This document shows, piece after piece, positions 26,141-39,688 of a stretch of 64,000 nucleotides of DNA. A model generated the notes under the pieces. It ran no database searches. It was not told the DNA's origin and saw only the letters and a program-made list of their open reading frames with translations. The translations under genes and the position numbers were made by a program. Source of the DNA: Octopus bimaculoides (Eukaryota); assembly GCF_001194135.2 (NCBI RefSeq), contig NC_068989.1:64054998-64118997 (forward strand). The letters run 5' to 3'. The first letter of the stretch is position 1, and each line of letters starts with the position of its first letter.

Positions 26141-27070
26141 TAATGGTGATTTCGAATATCAACCTGCAAAAACCGATATTTTTTTATTCTCAATTCATTT
26201 TTAGGGTATCTTTGCATAGTAATTGCTCAAATAATCTCAGTCTAGCAAAGTTCTTCGTGTACTATATTTACATACGTGAGATTCTACTGTGTAGTTGGCT
26301 AAAATATGGTTGCAAGTCATTTACGTCATAACTCTTTAATAATTGATCTCCTGATAAAAAAAAAATTTCTAAAATATGCATAAATAGAATTGCATGTAAT
26401 ACATGTTCGTGCGTGTGTATATANNNNNNNNNNNNNNNNNNNNNNNNNNNNNNNNNNNNNNNNNNNNNNNNNNNNNNNNNNNNNNNNNNNNNNNNNNNNN
26501 NNNNNNNNNNNNNNNNNNNNNNNNNNNNNNNNNNNNNNNNNNNNNNNNNNNNNNNNNNNNNNNNNNNNNNNNNNNNNNNNNNNNNNNNNNNNNNNNNNNN
26601 NNNNNNNNNNNNNNNNNNNNNNNNNNNNNNNNNNNNNNNNNNNNNNNNNNNNNNNNNNNNNNNNNNNNNNNNNNNNNNNNNNNNNNNNNNNNNNNNNNNN
26701 NNNNNNNNNNNNNNNNNNNNNNNNNNNNNNNNNNNNNNNNNNNNNNNNNNNNNNNNNNNNNNNNNNNNNNNNNNNNNNNNNNNNNNNNNNNNNNNNNNNN
26801 NNNNNNNNNNNNNNNNNNNNNNNNNNNNNNNNNNNNNNNNNNNNNNNNNNNNNNNNNNNNNNNNNNNNNNNNNNNNNNNNNNNNNNNNNNNNNNNNNNNN
26901 NNNNNNNNNNNNNNNNNNNNNNNNNNNNNNNNNNNNNNNNNNNNNNNNNNNNNNNNNNNNNNNNNNNNNNNNNNNNNNNNNNNNNNNNNNNNNNNNNNNN
27001 NNNNNNNNNNNNNNNNNNNNNNNNNNNNNNNNNNNNNNNNNNNNNNNNNNNNNNNNNNNNNNNNNNNNNN

Positions 27071-27104
<34 letters not shown>

Positions 27105-27832
27105 GTGTGTGTATGTGTGTGTATAATGTTTATTTTAACTACACTACATTCATATACCTTTCTGTGAAATCTATGTTAGAGTGTATATGTGTTTGATCGA
27201 GCATACTAATGTGTATTCAGAATTTTGTCCTATAAAGTTAAATATGCACGAGTGTATATATGCATGTGCTCCTGATAACAAACCTATCCATTATATTTGC
27301 ATATGCATAAGTATAAAGTGAATGAGAACTGTTGACGCTGGATTTTTGGTTTTTCTTTTCTTCCTATTGCTACACAGCGAAAATTATCTAAAACCCCGGT
27401 AGTGATCATACATTGTAAAGGAATTTCTGCTATTCTGCCTTCCACTATACAAATATCTGTTATAATTGAATCTATAGAAATTATTTCATGAAAGATCCTT
27501 CGTTGAATAAATATATTTTATCGTGTATGAATGACGTTAGAAGTAATTGGAAAATGCATATCTGCATGCGTATATAAAGTTCAACAATGGAGGAATGAAT
27601 TGTATCTACCATATAAAGTACTATACAACCGTCTGAGAGGCCGTGAGTTCAACTCTAATACTGCTGGCGTATGGTTATGTCTCACTCTGGCCAGAACAGC
27701 TAATTCTAGCAGTTCAACAAGCTGCTGGGCAAGTGTAGACAACCTTATCTTTATTTCAAGCAGCTGGCCTTATGAGATATCACACATCATAAATCGGGCC
27801 ACTTCGCTCAAACAATTTTTTATCTGTGTGTG

Positions 27833-27884
<52 letters not shown>

Positions 27885-28294
27885 NNNNNNNNNNNNNNNN
27901 NNNNNNNNNNNNNNNNNNNNNNNNNNNNNNNNNNNNNNNNNNNNNNNNNNNNNNNNNNNNNNNNNNNNNNNNNNNNNNNNNNNNNNNNNNNNNNNNNNNN
28001 NNNNNNNNNNNNNNNNNNNNNNNNNNNNNNNNNNNNNNNNNNNNNNNNNNNNNNNNNNNNNNNNNNNNNNNNNNNNNNNNNNNNNNNNNNNNNNNNNNNN
28101 NNNNNNNNNNNNNNNNNNNNNNNNNNNNNNNNNNNNNNNNNNNNNNNNNNNNNNNNNNNNNNNNNNNNNNNNNNNNNNTATATATATATATATTACCGCA
28201 TCCTAAAGACTGGCTCTTCTCTTTGAAGCTTGGATATATTTCAATCTCCAATAATTGTGTTGCTATTTTATAAGACTCAAGTGATGACCACAAC

Positions 28295-28620
28295 GGTGTT
28301 CGGTACCCATATCTACGACAGTGCTGCTACGCAGAGACATCCTGCTACGCATCCAGAGAAAGGTCATTAGACTGACTGGCATTCAATAAGACTCTAGTCT
28401 CTATCTCCCACAGGATTTTTTTATCTCTTCTGCCCAACTTTTCTATTACTGTTGTAAAAAGGTGACCGCTACTCTATTGCTACCGTAATGATTTCAGCCT
28501 CTCGGTATGAACAGAGATATTGCAGTTTCATCCACCTGCAGCAGGGCCAGTCACCTCAACTGAGGAGCACCTGATAACGCATTTGCAACAGCAGCATCAG
28601 TACTATCAATCATTATTAGC
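28295..28620 (+). mobile_element. Decayed CR1/Zenon-like LINE 3' end
   Basis: Across frameshifts: THIYDSAA, DILLRIQRKVIRL, SHR, LFYY. These match the pattern of the post-RT C-terminus of CR1-group LINEs. Confidence 0.5.
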
Positions 28621-28745
28621 AACAACAGCTTAAAAAATAGCAACAGTAAGATCACTAGATAGGAGGGAACTTTTGCTCGAGTTGCATGAAAACCTGAGTG
28701 GGTTTCACAACATACAAACAGTGAGAAGGGATCACAGAAAGAGGT

Positions 28746-28850
28746 GAAGAAGAAGAAGAAGAAGAAGAAGAAGAAGAAGAAGAAGAAGAAGAAGAAGAAG
28801 AAGAAGAAGAAGAAGAAGAAGAAGAAGAAGAAGAAGAAGAAGAAGAAGAA
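28746..28850 (+). repeat. Pure (GAA)35 tract, followed by (GAAC)n/(GAAA)n at about 29000-29065
   Basis: Direct reading. Confidence 0.95.
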
Positions 28851-29021
28851 GGTAAGGTAAGAGAGAGCTGGAAGCGAAAGATGGGTAGAAAAACCGACAA
28901 AGAGGAGAGACAAGTTTATGCTTGCACGCCGCTCTTTTCATATATTCGTGGGATAGTGAGAAACAGGGGGAACTGAGAGACAGACAGAAATAAAGAAAGG
29001 AACGAACGAACGAACGAACGA

Positions 29022-29065
<44 letters not shown>

Positions 29066-29782
29066 AATGGAGAAAGAAAGAAATAGCACCTTACTGAGCA
29101 GTCAGTTGATTGACAATTTATCAGCTGCAAATGTCGGAGTTTGTCGATTCGTTCCGAACACATATCTTAATAAACGAATACGGGAACATTGCCAGTTTTC
29201 TATTTCAACACTTCACCACGATTCTTTTCACGAGAAAAATGATACTTGCGAAGTTTCTATTGGCATTCTATTGGCAGAACTGGCAAAAAAATATCGGAAA
29301 ACATTTTACCCTCAAAGCATAAGGTTTTAGATTGGTTGTTTGTTTTGTGAATTGATTGAAATGAAAATATACGCTGAATTATTCTTCATATTGGTGCTAC
29401 TAAGTAAGTAAAACAAACGCGACCCCATTTTCCAGTGTGAATAACAAACAGATATTAACACTGGACAGACAATCGAATTTGCTGAGGAGAGAGGGGAAAG
29501 ATTATATGACCATACAAAGAAATCGGTCTCTAAAATTAGAATGAATGCTAAAAGATGTAAATATACTTCTATAAAAAAAAAGAAACATATCACAGAAATA
29601 CGTGTTCGCTAATAAATGATGGCTAAGTTGACTACGTGATTTTCTCCTTAAAATTCTTCATTGACAAAGCAAAGAGATTAGGAATCGGATTCTGAAACCT
29701 TCGGCTTGATTCAGTTAATATGTGTCTATCTAAGTTTACGTTTGTGTGTTCGAAAGTAAGTAAAATGTGTGTGTGTGTGTGT

Positions 29783-29826
<44 letters not shown>

Positions 29827-30130
29827 AAAACGCGCCCGGTTGTGTGTTAATGTTTTGTATATGAATGCAGGGAGTAATGTATATATGCTCATGCGTTCTT
29901 TACTCTCTTGAGTTTTGGCACCGAAATATAGCAAGCTCTCACTAGTTTCTAGTTTTCAAAAGGGAGTAAGTAATAAATGGACTATTATAGTCGGTTATTC
30001 ACTAAATACACTACTTGAGATGTAGTGTTTGTCGATAAATTGATTCTTCCTTCAGGAGATGACGAACAAAATGGCTGCAAATACACATATACACAAGTAC
30101 ATACATAACTATATGTCTGCGCAGTGTTAG

Positions 30131-30198
<68 letters not shown>

Positions 30199-30970
30199 CA
30201 CACAGATATATATATATAAGAGTAAATGTAATAAGAAGCAAGTTAGGCGAGTCGACTTGCCTAACTTACTTCTCATTACCTTTACTCATCTACTGGCTCA
30301 AGCCTAAATCTCTTCAGCACTTCGAAGTGTATTCTATATAAAGAGCACCTGTTTCTAACCTATATATATNNNNNNNNNNNNNNNNNNNNNNNNNNNNNNN
30401 NNNNNNNNNNNNNNNNNNNNNNNNNNNNNNNNNNNNNNNNNNNNNNNNNNNNNNNNNNNNNNNNNNNNNNNNNNNNNNNNNNNNNNNNNNNNNNNNNNNN
30501 NNNNNNNNNNNNNNNNNNNNNNNNNNNNNNNNNNNNNNNNNNNNNNNNNNNNNNNNNNNNNNNNNNNNNNNNNNNNNNNNNNNNNNNNNNNNNNNNNNNN
30601 NNNNNNNNNNNNNNNNNNNNNNNNNNNNNNNNNNNNNNNNNNNNNNNNNNNNNNNNNNNNNNNNNNNNNNNNNNNNNNNNNNNNNNNNNNNNNNNNNNNN
30701 NNNNNNNNNNNNNNNNNNNNNNNNNNNNNNNNNNNNNNNNNNNNNNNNNNNNNNNNNNNNNNNNNNNNNNNNNNNNNNNNNNNNNNNNNNNNNNNNNNNN
30801 NNNNNNNNNNNNNNNNNNNNNNNNNNNNNNNNNNNNNNNNNNNNNNNNNNNNNNNNNNNNNNNNNNNNNNNNNNNNNNNNNNNNNNNNNNNNNNNNNNNN
30901 NNNNNNNNNNNNNNNNNNNNNNNNNNNNNNNNNNNNNNNNNNNNNNNNNNNNNNNNNNNNNNNNNNNNNN

Positions 30971-31004
<34 letters not shown>

Positions 31005-31772
31005 AACATATGTATGTATGTACATTAGGTCGCTACGAATATATGTAAAGTACAAAGAGAAATAATTTTTTTTTAAATTTTCACTCAGCAACTGAAAAAA
31101 GGAAGAAAACTTTTTTTCGTATTATATACTATGATGGAAAACTTGGATAAAAGAAAGTATTTTATTTCATCAATAATTCCATAGAATTATTACGGTGAAC
31201 TAGTTCAATATATTTGCAAATGCGTCCTCAATAAACTCTTCTACTTGTTTAATATAGGGTCTTAACACGCACCAACAACTGAATCTGTATATGGTCACGC
31301 ATACAGACTCATTGGTTGGTGCGTGTTTATTGTCATATGTAAATATAAATAGCAGCTTCAAACACCCATGAATCACACACTACCATGATAAGAGAAAGTG
31401 AAGATATATTGTATAATGTAGCCTATGATTACGTAGAGACAACCTTGTTTCAATCAAGGTCCCGTAAGTTTCGTATCAGTGATACACTGAGATCAATTTA
31501 ACCCACTATACACCCTCTCTACCAAAATTTGACTTTGAAGATCAAATTTTCCTACGTTTTAAGTCTCACGAGACACGAGAGCGCTTCTGTAATGAGAATA
31601 TTTTTTTCATCACCACTGACCTTTTTTTCTGTTCTTGACTGAAAATTTTTTTAAAAAATTATTTCTGTTTATACTTTACATATATTTGCAACAACCTATT
31701 TTGTGTGTGTGCATGTGTGTGCGTGCGTGTATGTGCGTGTTTGGGTGGGTGTATATCTGTATATGTACATGC

Positions 31773-31826
<54 letters not shown>

Positions 31827-31839
31827 GTGTCTTTGTGTG

Positions 31840-31870
<31 letters not shown>

Positions 31871-32653
31871 ATAACGCATACATATAAATATTCAATATAT
31901 ACAAATGATTTATGGAATATCTATCTATCCATCTACATATTAGTGCAGTTCTAGCGAAAACCGATGACGTTATTTCTGTTTTTTTTTTCTCTAATTCTCA
32001 ATCACCCTACAGTTTGGAGACGTGAACTCTTTTTTTTTTTACTTCCATACACACACGCACACACAAACACACACTTGCACTTTGGACGACTTCTTTTTTC
32101 ATTAAAATCGCGTCCAACCGTTTTAAGTAAGCCTACGACTTATTACATAATGTAGTCCTACATAATCTTAAAACTATAGGATGGTCACGACGGGGTTGCT
32201 TTTGATCACAGGTCTGATCGATGAAGGTTGACGTTTAAGCTAACAATTGCAAAGAAATAAAAAGAGAATATATTTCTAATTTTTTATATGAATTTATCTA
32301 CATAAGAAAGTGCGTGATGTTGTGGTTAAGGTTTCGAACTGGTTAGATATCTCGATCAGGTGGAGCGTTGCGACCTCGAACAAAGCTGAAAATGAAGAAA
32401 ATCTGGGAGTTGATCTTGTGATGGACTGGCTTTCCGACAGGGAGCACCGAGGCTTGTAATTTTAATTATTTATCGCCTCCACGACTAGAATAATGGCCGG
32501 TCTAAAGATCCAGCAATCTCAAGACAGATTTAAAGTTATTTAAAATATTTGTGTCTATTCTTGTGTATATGTTTTAAATGATAAAATGGTAATTGAATTT
32601 CATTGCTCATCTTTTTATACTTTATTCCCCTTATTTCTGTTGTTTACTTGCAG

Positions 32654-32877
32654 GATTATACCATAACGCTATATCTTAATCAGTATTGGATCGATGAACG
32701 TTTAGTTTACTCAAACAATTCAGACGATAATCTCACCCTGACTGGAGATTTTGCCGAAAACATCTGGGTGCCAGACACATTCTTTGCCAACGACAAAAAC
32801 TCGTTTCTCCATGACATCACTGAGAAAAATAAGATGATCCGGTTGTTCGGAAACGGATCAATTGTATACGGCATGAG
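32654..32877 (+). CDS. Lcch3: Internal exon (224 nt, phase 0 to 2) of a Cys-loop GABA-gated chloride channel beta-type subunit (LCCH3/GABA-A beta-like), extracellular loops D, A and E
   Basis: Acceptor ttgtttacttgcag| and donor gag|gtaagt. Translates DYTITLYLNQYWIDERLVYSNNSDDNLTLTGDFAENIWVPDTFFANDKNSFLHDITEKNKMIRLFGNGSIVYGM(R). The YLNQYW and IWVPDTFFANDKNSFLHD motifs are those of invertebrate LCCH3/beta subunits. Confidence 0.95.
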
Positions 32878-33410
32878 GTAAGTGTAAACAAACTTACTAA
32901 TTTAATCTTAAAAGACAAATGACGCTTGCCTTCATATTCATCCATCATAAATAACAGAAAATCTATGGCTTGAACACTCAGCTCTTGTAATCAAATGTTG
33001 TAAATATTTCCTTAACGCCGAAGTGGATCTAATGTCAAAATAGTGGAACACATATCACAAAAACTTCCTTTAATGATGTAATTTTAGGTTCCTCAGAGAT
33101 CAATTGAATGTCTACTCGTTCGTGATTTATTTGGGGTTATTTCTCTTTCTTTTTCTGTCTTCTGGTAGAGGGTTTAGTGAAAGATTAAACTTCACCTGTG
33201 GGACAATTTTGCTGATATTTTAAATTTCCTGGAGGGGGAAAGGACAAATAAACGAAAACTCATAGATTATCCTCGATCCCAATATTTGCAAAATAGAGGG
33301 GAATCAACAAAATAGACACAAAGTCCATACGGAGGAGGTGAACTGGACAAAATTTTTTTGGTCTAAAATATGAATAATTCGGCCATCGAAATTTTGTATA
33401 TTTTCCATTT

Positions 33411-33517
33411 ACCAAATTCCAGCAACTCCTAACTTTGACAGAAAGCAACTTGGAATGATACCAAATTTGGAGCAACTCCAAACTTTGACAGAAAGCCCTT
33501 GGAATGATACCAAATTT
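33411..33517. repeat. 49-nt tandem duplication (2.2 copies)
   Basis: accaaatt..agcaactcc.aactttgacagaaagc..cttggaatgat starts at 33411 and 33460; a third partial start is at 33509. Confidence 0.9.
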
Positions 33518-34075
33518 AAAATGGGAACGGATGACTGCAAAACGAATTTCTGAAACACGCAGTCGTTACGATATATCTGACCTAACGTGATAACTATCGT
33601 TATGTTTTGAAGCCTAACCTCAGGCTCAAGAATTATTCCATCAACTCCAATATTCTTTGAGACATTGTGAAGGCAAGTAAACTAGAATGGTTTCCAGGCA
33701 AAACTTATTTCTACATGAAATCTTGGAGAAGTACAAGTTATTACAGAAATATTTTGTTTCTGTGTAAAATATCTCGTCTTATCAGTGCACTACTTGACCC
33801 TTTAACTACTTGGCTATTGTCGTTCCCAAACGCTTATCTGATTAGATTAACATATTGATAGATTGTGCTTAGTAATTTGTGGTCAAACCATAAACATCGT
33901 TTCAATTAGATCAAGGTCATCATGCGGTCGAACACTTCCCTATCCACATGAGTTACTACTACAAACTAACACCACAAATATCACTTATTCAGTTGTTACA
34001 GAAGAATTGCATTTTCTTGTTTATCGCTTTATGAGTATTTGAAATGCGAGTATCAGTTGAAAGAATGAAAACCGG

Positions 34076-34134
<59 letters not shown>

Positions 34135-36371
34135 CTGTCTATTTATCTGTCTGTCTCTTTCCTTCTGTGTTTCTCTCTGCTTCAATTTGTTTCTTTGCCT
34201 TTTATTCTTTCCTTCATGCACATATCTATCTCTATCTATCTATCTATTTATCTCTTTCTTTGTCTCTCTCTTTCTATAGACACATCTATACCTATAAACA
34301 TGTTTCACTTTTATCTTGACCTCCATCTTCTCACTTATTCGCTTTACATTCAATCTATTTAATTTCTTTTCACCCACTCTCTTTCATCGTTTTATCTAAC
34401 CTCCATTCAATATTCTTACGCCCATCCAATTCTCTCTCTCTCTCTCACCCTTTCTCTCTCTTTCTCTCTTCAACTCCTTATCTTTACTCACTCATATAAT
34501 CTTTTTCTGTATCTATTACCACTTACTTTATCTTGTTATTTCTCCTCACTCCGTCCAAACAATTTCTTTTAATATCCTCATAAATTCAATTATACATTCT
34601 TCATTACTTCTTCGAAAGTCAGCGCATTGTGAAACGTCAAAAATTTCACCAATCCTCTCTACACACAGTTTTATCTTATTTACAACTTTTGACACCTTTT
34701 TCTGCAGAGGTGGGTGCCAGCAGAAATATTTCTAGTTTTCTGGGACTTAGTTAACAGTTCAATAATTGTTTATTTATAATTAAGTAAGCAAGGCAGTCAT
34801 AAGAACTCGACTTATTGTTGACAGAAGTAAACAAAAGCAATACTGTAGAAAATATTTCTTCCTGTGTCGCTGTCATTTTTCTCACCTCACCCTTCGCTAA
34901 AAACATTGTCCTCGATGACTTCAACACTCATAAATCTTCTTGATTTTTACACTCATCCCTTTTAGAGGGCACCGTTTTCGTCCCTTGCGTTTATCTCTGA
35001 CCGAAATACAATCACATTAAATATCCTCCAACTTTTTTCTCACTTCCACATTCAAACTCAACTTTAACTAAACTATCACTGCTTCTGAATTTATCGGAGC
35101 GTCTAGTCACTGCCTGGATCTATTTTAAAACGGGGGCACCAGTATTTTCTTAACGAAACACTAACGAAACACTTTGAAACTTGGGACACTGGTAGAATGT
35201 GTCATATAAAACATCTTTTACTCTTAGTCTTCTTAACAAAAAATGGAATTCGCAAGTTATTCCATGTTAAAGTTGTCGTATTTCTGTAATTTCAACCAAT
35301 CACTGACGTCTATTCAGCTGAATAGAGTTACTGCTGGGCGGTCATAAAAATGTTATTCCCTGTGACATATTTNNNNNNNNNNNNNNNNNNNNNNNNNNNN
35401 NNNNNNNNNNNNNNNNNNNNNNNNNNNNNNNNNNNNNNNNNNNNNNNNNNNNNNNNNNNNNNNNNNNNNNNNNNNNNNNNNNNNNNNNNNNNNNNNNNNN
35501 NNNNNNNNNNNNNNNNNNNNNNNNNNNNNNNNNNNNNNNNNNNNNNNNNNNNNNNNNNNNNNNNNNNNNNNNNNNNNNNNNNNNNNNNNNNNNNNNNNNN
35601 NNNNNNNNNNNNNNNNNNNNNNNNNNNNNNNNNNNNNNNNNNNNNNNNNNNNNNNNNNNNNNNNNNNNNNNNNNNNNNNNNNNNNNNNNNNNNNNNNNNN
35701 NNNNNNNNNNNNNNNNNNNNNNNNNNNNNNNNNNNNNNNNNNNNNNNNNNNNNNNNNNNNNNNNNNNNNNNNNNNNNNNNNNNNNNNNNNNNNNNNNNNN
35801 NNNNNNNNNNNNNNNNNNNNNNNNNNNNNNNNNNNNNNNNNNNNNNNNNNNNNNNNNNNNNNNNNNNNNNNNNNNNNNNNNNNNNNNNNNNNNNNNNNNN
35901 NNNNNNNNNNNNNNNNNNNNNNNNNNNNNNNNNNNNNNNNNNNNNNNNNNNNNNNNNNNNNNNNNNNNNNNNNNNNNNNNNNNNNNNNNNNNNNNNNNNN
36001 NNNNNNNNNNNNNNNNNNNNNNNNNNNNNNNNNNNNNNNNNNNNNNNNNNNNNNNNNNNNNNNNNNNNNNNNNNNNNNNNNNNNNNNNNNNNNNNNNNNN
36101 NNNNNNNNNNNNNNNNNNNNNNNNNNNNNNNNNNNNNNNNNNNNNNNNNNNNNNNNNNNNNNNNNNNNNNNNNNNNNNNNNNNNNNNNNNNNNNNNNNNN
36201 NNNNNNNNNNNNNNNNNNNNNNNNNNNNNNNNNNNNNNNNNNNNNNNNNNNNNNNNNNNNNNNNNNNNNNNNNNNNNNNNNNNNNNNNNNNNNNNNNNNN
36301 NNNNNNNNNNNNNNNNNNNNNNNNNNNNNNNNNNNNNNNNNNNNNNNNNNNNNNNNNNNNNNNNNNNNNNN

Positions 36372-36430
<59 letters not shown>

Positions 36431-36822
36431 ATTTATCTATCTATCTATTTCTATCTTTTTCTCTCCCTCTTTTCCTCTCAATGAGAATATCCCGGTCTTT
36501 GGAAACACATTATAATGTTCTTTATCTTCCACGATTATATCAGCCTTATGAACGATGTCCATAAAATCTGGAATTTAATAATATAACATAAATCTACTGT
36601 TCTCCCTTAATTGATGGTTAATACTTTCGTCCACTTTTCCGCAAGTTATGCATTTGCTGTCTGAGTTTAATTAATTTTTGTCTTTAGCAAATTCATGTTC
36701 ATGGCTTGTATTTTGAAAGTTTCTCCGTTTCGGTTAGAGAAACATTGTTATCTGTTGGTATTGATACATCGATTAGAAAGCAGTTTTTTGTTGCTGATTA
36801 TTATTATTATTATTATTATTAT

Positions 36823-37599
36823 CATTTATGGTTTCTTTTCATCATAATTTTATTTCAGCTGCCTTAGTACCGGGCAGCCTCTATAGGCCAAGAGTAGCAA
36901 GGGCACTTTTGTTTTGCTATGCATGCTAAAATTATCACCACATTTATTCCATTTTAGATGGAGAGTGCTTTCCGTAGTATATAGGCTGTACCCATCAAGG
37001 TTATCTTTTGTAGTTCACGGAGATTGGAGTTACTTAATATTCTTCTCAGCTCCCTTCTTTATCATTCTCAGTGCACCAATTACTATTGGTGTTATCGTAG
37101 TATTAAGCTTTGTGATTTCAATTTGCAGATCTTTATAGTGAGTAAGCTTTTTGTATTCCTTTCTCGAGACATTTTCATCTTGTGGGACAGACATATCCAT
37201 TAACAGACAAGTTCCTCTGTTGTAGTCCTTGATCACAATGTCTGGTCGATTGGAGTCAATTTTTCTATCTGTTTGTATTGGGAAGTTCCAAAGTATCGTG
37301 GCGCCCCCGTCATTTACTACATCCTCTGGATGATGCTTGTACCACTTATCATGGGATTTAATTTTGTCGTATTTCCAAGCATTCCAGTGGATGTACTGCT
37401 CTAGTCATTCATGTCTTATGAGGTACTCCTTTTCATGAGGAGTGGGCAGCCAGAAACAACATGATCAATTGTCTCTGTAAATTTTCCGCAAATTCTGTAC
37501 AAGGAGTCAGATCCACCATTAAGGACGTTTGCATGGTAGTTTCTGGTAGGTATGCTCTCAATAACAAAACCTTGTATCCTCTTCTTTACTTTTTGTTTG

Positions 37600-37600
<1 letters not shown>
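36823..37600 (-). mobile_element. 5'-truncated R4/Dong-clade RLE non-LTR retrotransposon, flanked on both sides by (TAA)n
   Basis: Frameshifted translation RICGKFTETIDHVVSGC (CCHC), YLIRHE, WYKHHPE, ILWNFPIQTDRKIDSNRPDIVIKD, LMDMSVP..KEYKKLTHYKDLQIEI, ELQKITLMGTAYILRKALSI*. (tta)n lies at 36798-36822 and 37601-37665. Confidence 0.9.
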
Positions 37601-37667
<67 letters not shown>

Positions 37668-38136
37668 CCATGCTTACTGCATAAGCTTTGCGCATAAACT
37701 TTGTAATAATGAGTCGTCCATCCGCAACCTGTGGGCTAAGGTAACATATTACAGTCAGATTTCGAGAACTTTACGACGTATTCGTATACTGCTTTGTGTA
37801 GGTGCACTATCTTCACATTTACCCTTCTCAATCCGGTTTTTTTAGCTTGGTACTTATAGCATCTAGACTCTCACAACAACATGCATAACTTGCTTCAGTG
37901 AAGCCAGTCTTTTTATTTCCCATTTCAAATCATCTCATCTGACCTGTTTCTCTTCTTTGATTTCTGATACTCTATAATCACCAGGGCATCCAATGTCTAT
38001 GATTAAACAGGTTTTTACCTCTTTATTCACAACCACTATATCCGGCTATCGATGTTCGATTTCATGGTTACATTCGAGTATTGCATCCATAAATATTCTT
38101 ACCTAATTCTTAATCGTTATTATTACTCACAAACAA

Positions 38137-38505
38137 CGGCAAGCTGGCAGAATCGTTAGCACGCTGAACGAAATGCTTAGCGGTATTTAATTCGTCGCTA
38201 CGTTCTGAGTTCAAATTCTGCCGAGGTCGACTTCGCCCTTCATCCTTTCGGGGTCGGTAAAATAAGTACCAGTGAAACACTGGGGTCGATGTAATTGACT
38301 AGCGCCCTCCTTCAAAATTTGAGCCCTTGTGCCTATAGTAGAAAGGATTACGTTCTGAGTTCAAATTCTGCCGGGGCCGACTTTGCCTTTCATCCTTTCG
38401 GGGTCGAGGAAATAAGAACTAGTGGAGCACTGGGGTCGATATAATCGACTAACCTCCGCCCCCCACCAAATTTCAGGCTTTGTGCCTATATTAGAAAGGA
38501 TTATT
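38137..38505 (+). mobile_element. SINE-A dimer: full copy (38137-38350) fused to a 5'-truncated copy (38351-38505)
   Basis: Junction agaaaggatta|cgttctgagttc. Both copies carry tail 2. Confidence 0.85.
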
Positions 38506-39138
38506 ACTACTAATAATACTGTAAATTTCTACGCCTACCGCGCTGAAAATAGAATCTTTAGATTTATTTGTCACATATCCGGCAGGAACTAAATTAATTC
38601 GTTTCAGCCATTCCGATGACTGGAGTTCAGAATTCACAGATTATAAGAAAATAAAATATGGTCCTATTGGAAAATAAAGAATATTGGAGAGGAGATATCA
38701 AACAAATATACTAAGTTTAAATATGGCGTTTTAATATCGCACTGCATTACACCAAAATCTAATTTACACCAGAGACGACTGCCTGAATTCATGAACATAT
38801 TACTTTGCGAAGTTATAAGGAACTGTTCTAAACAGATACGTTCAGGCTGAAAGAAAGAAAAGTTATTATTTCTTGCTTAAAACACCAAGCATGGCAGCCA
38901 ATAATGGCGGTCGATACATACACTGATCAAATGCAAGGAAAAAAGGAAAGTGAAAGTTATTGATCCGCCGAGCGTATGAACTTATTCTTAATTGCTTTCT
39001 TATCTGTAAATATCGATGCTTTCACATTCTGATATCTAAATACATACTTTGTCATTATGGCTGTATTTACATCTATTGTGACTGTATTTATCAGAGTGAA
39101 CAAATTTACGTAAACATATATGTATATTTCAATTTATG

Positions 39139-39170
<32 letters not shown>

Positions 39171-39629
39171 ATACACGCGCGTGTGTGCGTGCATGTATGT
39201 ATGTACATACATGCATGTATGCTTGTATGTATGAGAATATATATATATTTATACATGTTTACATGTAAATTTACTATGTCTATACTAAAGTGTATTTCTG
39301 TGTATTTGAGAACGTGTTTGTATGCGTGTGAATGTGTGTGTATGCGTGTGTGTGAGTATGTGTACGTGTGCATGTGTGTGTGTATATCTGTCGGTCTGTC
39401 TGTTTGTGTGTATGTGTATGTATGTATATATACATATATATTGTGTGTGCCTGTGGGTATATGTGTATGCGTATGTATATATCTGTTCACATAGGTAGGA
39501 TATACATATAGGTATACAACCTTACACACACACACACACACATATGTATAGATATGTCATGTAGGTAACTTACATAAAAATATCAATAGGAGTATTTTTG
39601 CATAGACATATGCACATGCATATATAAAT

Positions 39630-39688
<59 letters not shown>

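Noticed and set aside
32310-32460. Very old SINE-like remnant just upstream of the exon (gatggactggc..cagggag)
   Set aside because: Too diverged to delimit or classify by eye.
32603-32653. Signal-peptide-like MLIFLYFIPLISVVYLQ in frame with the exon
   Set aside because: It starts at TTG and is the translated polypyrimidine tract before a strong acceptor. The real protein continues from an upstream exon.
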